A DNA stretch of 64,000 nt, from contig JBLDXI010000075.1 of the NCBI GenBank assembly GCA_047495785.1, positions 36,175 to 100,174 on the forward strand, given 5' to 3'. Of the stretch, positions 34,953 through 43,039 are shown in pieces. Source of the DNA: Lepidodermella squamata. Taxonomy: Eukaryota; Animalia; Gastrotricha. Position numbers and translations under genes: made by a program. The stretch's first letter is position 1; every line of letters begins with the position of its first letter. The notes beneath the pieces are model-generated. The model saw only the letters and a program-made list of their open reading frames with translations, made no database searches and was not told the origin of the DNA.

Positions 34953-35540
34953 TTGCAATTCTTGGATCTTTTTTATGAACTCCTTTTTTATTTCTTCATC
35001 GCTAACAACAGATTTGCTGTCTAAATCTTTTTTAATCGGGGACTTCATCTCTAAGTATTTTTCATATTCTTTAGTTATGATTTTATACTCACTATCACTA
35101 ATGAAATTGTCATTCAGTGCTTTTGATATTAGATCATTTATGGAATTCAGCTTGCTTATAGCTAGCATGCATAACCTCTCCTGCTTTTCGGCCTTTTTCA
35201 TGAGCTGTTTTGCACCAATACCAAACCCAATACTAACAAGTCCAGATCCGATAGAAATAGCTTCCAAGACAATAACTATAGGAGTGCTTATTATAGTTGT
35301 TAGCAGCCCTATTCCTCCTACGCCAAGTCCAATTGACATCGATGACAGGCCGATATTAACACCATTAAGTGCATTAGCTGATCTCTTATACTTATCGTAG
35401 CATTTAAGGCGAAAATCAATCTCGTTTTTCATTACGTCTTTAAGTTTTTTAATTTCACTAATCCTAAATTCCTGAGTACTGTTTGTTTCTAAACGCGTTT
35501 CTAATTTAGGGGCTGTCGGATAAATATTATGCTCGGTCAT
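34932..35540 (-). CDS. Polinton-type membrane protein
   Basis: IYP...FRISEI, Gly-rich hydrophobic hairpin, SKLNSI..ISKAL.D..IS..E pattern I recognise from Maverick ORFs; upstream TCTAG motif. Confidence 0.7.
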   Translation of the reverse strand: MTEHNIYPTAPKLETRLETNSTQEFRISEIKKLKDVMKNEIDFRLKCYDKYKRSANALNGVNIGLSSMSIGLGVGGIGLLTTIISTPIVIVLEAISIGSGLVSIGFGIGAKQLMKKAEKQERLCMLAISKLNSINDLISKALNDNFISDSEYKIITKEYEKYLEMKSPIKKDLDSKSVVSDEEIKKEFIKKIQELQLNVKSR

Positions 35541-36271
35541 TTATATAATAAACTAGAAATTCTTAGATAAAATTTACAAGATATTTTAGACTTGGTTGTC
35601 AATAAAACCTGAAATTTATCACCCATATCAAAGTTTTCAATCATTTCCAGGTGTTCTAAGCGTGTTTCTCCGAGCTGATTATATGTCGAGTATTTGTTCC
35701 CCAAAACTTGTTGCTCATTCTTCACTAGGCTGATTGCGATTGAGTTGCTTTCTCCATTTACGGCTATCCACAGCTGTATGCGGGCAAAAAGGGGTTCCTT
35801 AATTGCCACTGAACCAGGTAAAATCGCATCTCCTTCATCGTCTTGCTCAGAAAAAGCATCACTGCTATCAATTGATATATGAGTAGAATGTAAAGTACTA
35901 AATACTAGGAATTTCTCATTCTCAATGCTATTATGCCCGGACATAAAAAGGGAAATATTGTCTGGATTTGAACCAGATATTTTCGCCATATCCTGTTCAA
36001 CTTTGGCTTTGAACGTATTGAAAGTCGAAAGATGCGATGTTATTTTTTCGTCACAGCCCTTTATAAATTTATCACGTTCTGTCACGAAAGCTTTCAGATT
36101 AACTGCATCGCTATTATGCACAGGGTCACCAACATTCTCTATTCTTTTGTTATTCATATTTACATTTCCGTCAAATGGCACTGATCCATCACTTCGTATA
36201 TATTTATCGTTTCCTTTATTTTTGCTATGTTCATTCCATTCTTTAGGGATAAAAATTACGGAGCTTTTCAT
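35537..36271 (-). CDS. Putative fiber/receptor-binding protein
   Basis: YIRSDG..FDGNVNMNNKRIENVGDP..SDAVN fiber/adhesin neck motif, coiled coil, beta-rich C-terminal head. Confidence 0.6.
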   Translation of the reverse strand: MKSSVIFIPKEWNEHSKNKGNDKYIRSDGSVPFDGNVNMNNKRIENVGDPVHNSDAVNLKAFVTERDKFIKGCDEKITSHLSTFNTFKAKVEQDMAKISGSNPDNISLFMSGHNSIENEKFLVFSTLHSTHISIDSSDAFSEQDDEGDAILPGSVAIKEPLFARIQLWIAVNGESNSIAISLVKNEQQVLGNKYSTYNQLGETRLEHLEMIENFDMGDKFQVLLTTKSKISCKFYLRISSLLYK

Positions 36272-36762
36272 TCTTGGTTAAATACTAGATTTAATTTATC
36301 GTCCCATTTTTTTAAAAGTTTTTCATTTTTTATAATCTTGATTCTTTGGGCTATATGTACAAAGCCTAATTTTTTACACATATATTGTAACACAAATAGT
36401 ACATGTATCATATTTTTCTTTGGAAATTTCTTGAAATATAGTCTATCTAATTCTTTGTATAAATTCATGATTTTGTCTTGCTCATGGCCATTAATGTGCA
36501 AGTCGTGCTTTCTGATAACAGACATGATATGCCAAGACCTTTTGTAAGGCGGCGAAAACCGGTTACTACCTTCGGGATTACAATAAGGATAGCAACGGCC
36601 GCAAGACGTACATATATTGAAATTTTCATGATAATCAGGAAATAGATCAATGTTGCAAACTTCGCAAGTCATATATTTGTGTGCAAGGTTTTCATATGAC
36701 CCACTTCTATCGATTTTGTAATGCAAATCGAAAAGCTCTTCATCAGTCATTTTTCTTTCCAT
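36268..36762 (-). CDS. VLTF3-like late transcription factor (Zn ribbon)
   Basis: CEVC...ICTSCG, YKRSWH, RKN-like KKNM..FVL..LG, W near the C-terminus. Confidence 0.7.
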   Translation of the reverse strand: MERKMTDEELFDLHYKIDRSGSYENLAHKYMTCEVCNIDLFPDYHENFNICTSCGRCYPYCNPEGSNRFSPPYKRSWHIMSVIRKHDLHINGHEQDKIMNLYKELDRLYFKKFPKKNMIHVLFVLQYMCKKLGFVHIAQRIKIIKNEKLLKKWDDKLNLVFNQE

Positions 36763-36793
36763 TAGCAACTTACCTAATAACAGTAACAAAGCT

Positions 36794-36925
36794 TCAAGTA
36801 ATAAACTTACACTTTTTAGACTTGCATAAAATACAAATACATTTTAAGACTTTTTTCATATTTTTTGTATATGCAATTTGCTCATTAGCATTCCCAGTAA
36901 CGATTTTACATTTCATACAAAACAT
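36794..36925 (-). CDS. 43-aa Zn-binding microprotein (DUF5679-like), absent from the ORF track
   Basis: MFCMKCKIVTGNANEQIAYTKNMKKVLKCICILCKSKKCKFIT; TCTAG 13 nt upstream. Confidence 0.75.
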   Translation of the reverse strand: MFCMKCKIVTGNANEQIAYTKNMKKVLKCICILCKSKKCKFIT

Positions 36926-36938
36926 TCCTATATTCTAA

Positions 36939-37394
36939 CTAGAAGTTATCATTAAACCATTTCATCAATTTCAAATCGTTCGAGATATTGTTATTGTTCT
37001 CGAAATCCAACAGTATCTCAAGTTTATCTCGGCCTCTGTACAATTCACACAAAAAATAGATGCAGTAAAAACCACAGGCCACCGATTTTATATTTTGAAT
37101 CTCATGGGTGCTGTAATATATATCCCTCGCAACTTTTCTAAGTATTATTTCATTTGGGCATATAAATCCAAAGCTATCAAAATAAACTATATTGCTATCA
37201 GTCACTTGCATACATACCCAATGCGTTCCAGTTCGATTATCTAAATTTATGACATAATAACCGTTATTCAAAACCGTTGGTAAGCCATCTCGCGGAAAGC
37301 ATCCGCTATAACCTCTTCCCAATTTCATAGATAAAATATTATCAATTTGCCCATTTGAAAGAGGGAAGAATTTTTTCAGTTTTTTGACTCCCAT
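36939..37394 (-). CDS. Adenain-like cysteine maturation protease
   Basis: INLD..GTHWV, YFDSFG, Q...S..CGFYC; catalytic His/Asp/Gln/Cys present. Confidence 0.92.
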   Translation of the reverse strand: MGVKKLKKFFPLSNGQIDNILSMKLGRGYSGCFPRDGLPTVLNNGYYVINLDNRTGTHWVCMQVTDSNIVYFDSFGFICPNEIILRKVARDIYYSTHEIQNIKSVACGFYCIYFLCELYRGRDKLEILLDFENNNNISNDLKLMKWFNDNF

Positions 37395-37993
37395 GGTAAA
37401 TATATTCCATTCCCTTTCTGGAATAATGTAGGTAAAAACGTACCTAATAAACTAGCAATCAAGGGTAAAACAAATGCACCACCACTCTGTTCAATATCTT
37501 TCTCAGATGCCGATTTAGATCCGCCGGGTAGTATATTTTTATTTTCCAAAACATCTATGTATTTGATAATCTCAACCAAATCCCTTCTAGGAATATTGAG
37601 ATTCATATTTTCAGTTACGCCATTCCCTACAAGTTTATTGCCTATTGCATTAGCAGCTGAATTGACTAAACCAGATACTGCAGAAATGGCTAATGGGGCA
37701 GCAATTGATCCAACCTTCGCTAATATCGGCAGTAAAGGAATCATTCCGCCTGTTTGGTTCTTTTTTAACTGTGAAAGGCTAAATTGTATTTCCACCCCCG
37801 TGTTCATAGTTCTATGTTTCTCTATTTTATTGATTTGGGATTTTGTAAGGAACACTTTTCTCAAGTTAGTTTTTGAATGAATATCTTTCTTACTTATTAG
37901 CAATGTTATGCATTTCCTATTATTTATCCCTGATTGTAATTTTTGCATTTGCCCATCGGACAGAGGAATTTCATATTCAAAATATTTACTCAT
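37376..37993 (-). CDS. Polinton virion core protein (uncharacterised)
   Basis: LTKSQI.KI...FS.SQL..GG motif plus amphipathic segments following GG/GxG sites. Confidence 0.7.
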   Translation of the reverse strand: MSKYFEYEIPLSDGQMQKLQSGINNRKCITLLISKKDIHSKTNLRKVFLTKSQINKIEKHRTMNTGVEIQFSLSQLKKNQTGGMIPLLPILAKVGSIAAPLAISAVSGLVNSAANAIGNKLVGNGVTENMNLNIPRRDLVEIIKYIDVLENKNILPGGSKSASEKDIEQSGGAFVLPLIASLLGTFLPTLFQKGNGIYLPWESKN

Positions 37994-38018
37994 TTTATTG
38001 GAAGACTAGATTTTCTTT

Positions 38019-39398
38019 TCATAGACTTTGCAGAGAAATATCCAAAGTTCCATGCTTATAATTAAATGCGATTTCTTTTTCACGTTCAATAAAGCTATAA
38101 ATTACTAACGGCTTATTAACTGCTCCAACAGTAGCTTTAAAAACGATTGAACAAGTATTATCAGCACGTGAATTATATATTGAACTTGCATCAATATCAT
38201 TTAGATTGAAACATAGGATTCTATACAAATTGCAGAAATCAAGATATGAAATTTGTGATCCTATATTTAAACTTTCTCTGTCACCAGATTGAGACATATT
38301 CTGTTTTATATATTGATATAGTTTATGAGCTTTCAATGAATTGAAACTAACATTTGATTCATTAAAAGCTTCCTTATTATTAATCAACAAAGAATATGAA
38401 GTAATGTTCCATAGGTTGTATATCTGGTTTAATTTTTTAGGTATTTCAGTATCAGTATAATCAGGAATTAATACTAAATAAATGTAAATTGGTTTCTTAA
38501 TTTCTGTTGACACTGTCCATTGAATATTCTGAATATTATTTGCAAATTGCTGTGATTGGAATGGTTCGATCGACATCCATTTGTGAACTTTTGAAAATCC
38601 TGAATTGAATTTTTCTAAAACTTCCAACTTATTTTTATTCATGAGCGTAACTTCTGGAATCATCAGATTTGCTTTCGATATTTTATATGTCATGCCAGCA
38701 GTTTCACCCGTGGCTGCATCTGCAATGACATATATTAGGCTTTTACTATAATTCGGGGTTAATATAATTCTGAATCTTGATTTGGTGAAAATACCATTGA
38801 ATGAATTGAAAAATGGAAGATCTTTCAAGAACAGAGTACATATCATTTGGTTACTTTTTACAAATGAACTCCTTACAATAAGACCATTATTCGCAGTAGC
38901 TTTGGATCCGTCAAATGAATCAGCTGTTACATCTTCGCTAAGTGTTCTTGTTGCTCTTGGCAATGGACAATCCCTAGAGAATAAAGATTCTTCCCCATAT
39001 GTCTCGGCATATTCTTTGCTCCATTTTAACAAGAAATTGATATTTGCCCAATGTTCGGTGAATCTCAATTCTTCAATTTTATGATCGCTATCGGATATCT
39101 GAATTTCAACAGATTCGAATAAACTCAACACATGATTACGAATAGCATATTTATCAGTAGCAGCAAAATCCTTAGCATTATTTCTGACAAAGTGAAGTTG
39201 AAATTCAATGTAACCTTCTCGAACTAATAGGAAATTGTCTTTCAAGTTTATTGTTGAAAAAATTAATTTGTTTGGTTGGCTCTGACTATCCTGAATGAAA
39301 TTCTGCGCGGGAGTTTCAGTCCATACCTTCTTCTCAAATAATCTGTCATCAATTTCGGTGGTTTCAAAAAGATTGTTAATAATTTCTTGTTGTAACAT
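38019..39398 (-). CDS. Major capsid protein (double jelly-roll)
   Basis: 459 aa, beta-rich, SLF..VEI.I and KP.YIY patterns; position within the morphogenesis module. Confidence 0.8.
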   Translation of the reverse strand: MLQQEIINNLFETTEIDDRLFEKKVWTETPAQNFIQDSQSQPNKLIFSTINLKDNFLLVREGYIEFQLHFVRNNAKDFAATDKYAIRNHVLSLFESVEIQISDSDHKIEELRFTEHWANINFLLKWSKEYAETYGEESLFSRDCPLPRATRTLSEDVTADSFDGSKATANNGLIVRSSFVKSNQMICTLFLKDLPFFNSFNGIFTKSRFRIILTPNYSKSLIYVIADAATGETAGMTYKISKANLMIPEVTLMNKNKLEVLEKFNSGFSKVHKWMSIEPFQSQQFANNIQNIQWTVSTEIKKPIYIYLVLIPDYTDTEIPKKLNQIYNLWNITSYSLLINNKEAFNESNVSFNSLKAHKLYQYIKQNMSQSGDRESLNIGSQISYLDFCNLYRILCFNLNDIDASSIYNSRADNTCSIVFKATVGAVNKPLVIYSFIEREKEIAFNYKHGTLDISLQSL

Positions 39399-39411
39399 TT
39401 TATCAATATAA

Positions 39412-39711
39412 CTAGATTTTTTTGAACCCTTTCCCGGTTATCCTATCTGCTATTTCACCCTTTATTCTATTCTCCAACTCTTCAATAGCTTTTATATTGC
39501 GTCGGGGATTAGGTATTACGTTTTCAGTTATTTTTGCTGCTACGTAATTTCCTAACTTATCACCGACTACTTCACTACCAGATTTTAGAGCTGATTTTAG
39601 CAATGACTCCGCAGGATCTCTACCCATGCTAATCAATTTTCCTAATAATTGCTTACTAACTTCCATGAATCCTCTACCTCGAATATAAATTTTTTTAGAG
39701 TTCTGTTTCAT
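39412..39711 (-). CDS. Small basic core protein
   Basis: GRGF and GKGF motifs; upstream TCTAG. Confidence 0.65.
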   Translation of the reverse strand: MKQNSKKIYIRGRGFMEVSKQLLGKLISMGRDPAESLLKSALKSGSEVVGDKLGNYVAAKITENVIPNPRRNIKAIEELENRIKGEIADRITGKGFKKI

Positions 39712-39763
39712 TTTATTATAAAACTAGAAATTCTACAATCTGTCGTCTTTATCATCCAATACG

Positions 39764-40015
39764 CGCTCATAAGCGTGAACAATCATGATTCATCCTAATC
39801 GAGCTTGTAGGCGCGAATTTTCATGATTCATCATATTCGAGCTTGTAGGCGCGAATTTTCATGATTCATCATATTCGAGCTTGTAGGCGCGAATTTTCAT
39901 GATTCATCCTAATCGAGCTTGTAAGCGTGAACATTCATGATTCATCCTAATCGAGCTTGTAAGCGCGAATTTTCATGATTCATCCTAATCGAGCTTGTAA
40001 GCGCGAATTTTCATG
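39764..40015. repeat. 38-bp tandem array 1 (6 units plus partials)
   Basis: Units start at 39785, 39823, 39861, 39899, 39937, 39975. Confidence 0.95.
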
Positions 40016-40017
40016 GG

Positions 40018-40758
40018 TCATATAATATCTAATCCAATGCCCCATTTGTTTTCAACAAAGTGAATAGGCAATCCGTCTTGATTAGTCAGCCAGATTTTAA
40101 TATTTTGCGTATTAGCGTTATTACAATCTAAATACCGTTTTTCATTCGGTGTTATATTTACATGCTCGCCGAATCTCCTATTCATGGGACATGTAAAAAT
40201 CACTGTGTTATATTCAGGGATTATAGAATTATCAACAACATTGCAATGAACAAATAAAGTATCGAACCCGATTGTGATGTCAGGTATTTTCTGAGAATTG
40301 AAATCACTGTCATAATTTCCAATTTCGATACCTAAAAATTTTGAAATCCCGTCAGATTCTATTAAAAGGCCAAATTTCTCTGATATCCTAATGCTGAGAC
40401 AAGAAAATACACTATTTACCACGAGATTTATTGGATAAATTTCAACCCCTGATTCCTTATCCAGAGAATAGTGATTATTATTTTTCATGGAGAAGTGTAA
40501 ATAATTATCAAAATCTTTGTAAGTATAGGTTCCATCAGGAAATGTAACCTCAAATGTTTCACCTTCTGTTATGTATTTTAATTTGTTGTTATTATATTTC
40601 CCAGAAACATTATGAAATGTGTCATAAAAATGAATATAGGAAACAGCTATTTTCCGTCCTGAAAAGTTGATCTTTTGATTAAGATAGCGATCTATAGTAT
40701 TATTTAATGTTGACTTGTTATTCTGATTATTTTCCAATGGCAAAAATATCATACTCAT
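40018..40758 (-). CDS. Minor capsid protein (penton)
   Basis: HNVS..YNNN, FPDGTY, LFVHCNVVDNS, GE..I.P, I.IWLTNQDG motifs. Confidence 0.82.
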   Translation of the reverse strand: MSMIFLPLENNQNNKSTLNNTIDRYLNQKINFSGRKIAVSYIHFYDTFHNVSGKYNNNKLKYITEGETFEVTFPDGTYTYKDFDNYLHFSMKNNNHYSLDKESGVEIYPINLVVNSVFSCLSIRISEKFGLLIESDGISKFLGIEIGNYDSDFNSQKIPDITIGFDTLFVHCNVVDNSIIPEYNTVIFTCPMNRRFGEHVNITPNEKRYLDCNNANTQNIKIWLTNQDGLPIHFVENKWGIGLDII

Positions 40759-40812
40759 TTATTATTAAGTTAGATATTGGCGAATTTACAAATATTGCAA
40801 ACGTGCCAACGT

Positions 40813-41925
40813 TCACACGCCGGCGAACGTGCAAACATGCTTGTATTCTGCATCTGAGATATTTTTATGTTTCAGAAGTAAATCAGCTATGGATACTAAT
40901 TCATTTTTAATTTCTTTATTGTTGTTGCCAGCTTTTATTTCGCCAATGCAATGTAATAGCCTTGTTTTTGCATCCTTGACATTCAGAAATAGTGATTCTC
41001 CTTTTAAAACCCTATTTACCTTAGAATGTTTTTTAGGTTCGAAATTGGTCCTTCTTATTATTTCTTTATACATATCAATATCTTCATTTGTATAGCTGTA
41101 CTTCTTTGGATCGTAATTTTTGAATAACAAATGTTTTACTCCATTGGTTATATTCATATTAAAAACTATCGCATTATTTTTCTTCCTAATGCATAATTTG
41201 TTACTAGCAAGATCTTTAATCTTAGCATAATATTTCCCAAATTTTATTAAATTTTTTGGAATTGGTTTAGCAAATCCGCTGCCGCTCTGTTCCCCAGTTA
41301 GTTTCTCTAAGGCTGACCTGTATTTTTTAAGTTCTCCAATTTCGAATTTTATTTGATTGTATTCCTCTGATTCTTTTTTACCACCACGTGTCAAAGTAGC
41401 TAAACGTGATCCTAAAACCCTCTTATTATATTCAGATATATCATGTATGACATCTTCAATATTATCAGCTTCAATGTCATCAACCAGGGGGAAATTATGT
41501 TTCTTGATTACATTCTCATTAATGCTTTTCATATCGATCTCAGGCTCTCGAGCACTTTGATATTCTTCATATGTGTTTTCATCTCTATCAGTTGACTCAC
41601 TTTTTGATAATGGGCTTGAAGGTTCCAATTTAGGTTGCTTTAATTCAGATTTAACTTCTTGGGCTATTTCTTTGGCTATCACCTCAGGTTTCATTCTTGT
41701 TAAATTATTATTCAATTTTTCTATAGAATTGACAACAGGTCGTTGTTTGATCGCATTTTGAATGGACGCTAGAGGATTCAATTCGGTGTCTACGTTATAT
41801 TTATGCTTCAAAGTGTATGTATCTCCATTGGCAAGGGCGATATTTTGATTGTGCAGATTTTCCTGTTTTTCCAAATTTTTTAAAATTTGAATTTGTTCGG
41901 GTATTGTTAGTTCTTTGATCGTCAT
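40813..41925 (-). CDS. Conserved Polinton hypothetical protein
   Basis: Coiled-coil N-half, GSG site, C-terminal GEIKAGNNN..IKNE motif. Confidence 0.7.
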   Translation of the reverse strand: MTIKELTIPEQIQILKNLEKQENLHNQNIALANGDTYTLKHKYNVDTELNPLASIQNAIKQRPVVNSIEKLNNNLTRMKPEVIAKEIAQEVKSELKQPKLEPSSPLSKSESTDRDENTYEEYQSAREPEIDMKSINENVIKKHNFPLVDDIEADNIEDVIHDISEYNKRVLGSRLATLTRGGKKESEEYNQIKFEIGELKKYRSALEKLTGEQSGSGFAKPIPKNLIKFGKYYAKIKDLASNKLCIRKKNNAIVFNMNITNGVKHLLFKNYDPKKYSYTNEDIDMYKEIIRRTNFEPKKHSKVNRVLKGESLFLNVKDAKTRLLHCIGEIKAGNNNKEIKNELVSIADLLLKHKNISDAEYKHVCTFAGV

Positions 41926-41954
41926 GAAAGTGTTTTTAATCAATGACTAGATAA

Positions 41955-42656
41955 TTACGAATGAAATATACCTATGTAATTTGCTCTCAGTTTCAGCAAC
42001 TTATGCCTGGAATTACAATCAATAATGAAACTACCATGGCGATTGTAAGTGCTGATGCTTTCTTCGTATTTTTTCATAAAGTCTTCTCTTACCATTTCGG
42101 ATGCATATATGTTATGAATAGTTTTAACCTCTCTAAAATCATTCAAATGTTTCAATACAACGAATAAAGCGTTGTCCCTGATTATTTTCGGTACTTTGAA
42201 ATACGATTGAGATAAATACACGACCGAGCAGTTGTATTTTCTACTTCTTATATACAAATCGCCAATATATTTTTCTTGGCTTTTCTTTTCGGTTAAACAT
42301 ACATCATCAAAAATGTATAGATGTTGATAACGCTTATCCAGATCTTCCATTGGTATCGCATCTTTTAAGTCTGTACTAAAATGAATGAGGCTTTCAGAGA
42401 TACCTGATTTCTTCAATTCCTCTTCTTTCCGTCGTTGAACGTTGATTAGAAATTGATACTTATCCTCATCAAGTGTTTTGGAATAAACGTATATTTTATG
42501 AAAAACTGAGTTATGTATGATGTTCAGCAAATCATTAGTTTTACCTGAATTACTAGGCCCGATAATTAATATTCTAGCAGGATGCTGGGGGAAAAATGGA
42601 TTTGGATTTATATAATTATTACTGCCTTGGGAAACTATATCATCAAAATTAATCAT
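41955..42656 (-). CDS. A32/FtsK-like genome packaging ATPase
   Basis: Walker A GPSNSGKT, Walker B YIFDD, SRK, LSQ, IRDN; start placed at MINFDD using the promoter motif. Confidence 0.93.
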   Translation of the reverse strand: MINFDDIVSQGSNNYINPNPFFPQHPARILIIGPSNSGKTNDLLNIIHNSVFHKIYVYSKTLDEDKYQFLINVQRRKEEELKKSGISESLIHFSTDLKDAIPMEDLDKRYQHLYIFDDVCLTEKKSQEKYIGDLYIRSRKYNCSVVYLSQSYFKVPKIIRDNALFVVLKHLNDFREVKTIHNIYASEMVREDFMKKYEESISTYNRHGSFIIDCNSRHKLLKLRANYIGIFHS

Positions 42657-42685
42657 TCTTATAAATATATTAGAAAATTTGCAGC

Positions 42686-43011
42686 CGAGCTTGTAAGCGC
42701 GACTTTTCATGATTCATCATATTCGAGCTTGTAGGCGTGAATTTCCATGATTCATCATATTCGAGCTTGTAGGCGTGAATTTCCATGATTCATCATATTC
42801 GAGCTTGTAGGCGTGAATTTCCATGATTCATCATATTCGAGCTTGTAGGCGTGAATTTCCATGATTCATCATATTCGAGCTTGTAGGCGTGAATTTCCAT
42901 GATTCATCATATTCGAGCTTGTAGGCGTGAATTTCCATGATTCATCATATTCGAGCTTGTAGGCGTGAATTTCCATGATTCATCATATTCGAGCTTGTAG
43001 GCGTGAATTTC
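42686..43011. repeat. 38-bp tandem array 2 (8 essentially identical units plus a partial)
   Basis: atgattcatcatattcgagcttgtaggcgtgaatttcc starting at 42709 + 38n. Confidence 0.97.
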
Positions 43012-43039
43012 GAAACCAACTTCTAGCCATACTTCAGAT

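Noticed and set aside
34915-35400. Antisense ORFs over Polinton and receptor genes
   Set aside because: Shadow frames of real genes on the opposite strand
41955-42710. ATPase start at 42710 as given in the ORF track
   Set aside because: That ATG lies inside a repeat unit; ATG 42656 has the promoter motif at the usual spacing
42686-43011. CRISPR array interpretation of the 38-bp repeats
   Set aside because: Units are head-to-tail with no unique spacers, there are no cas genes, and the context is eukaryotic
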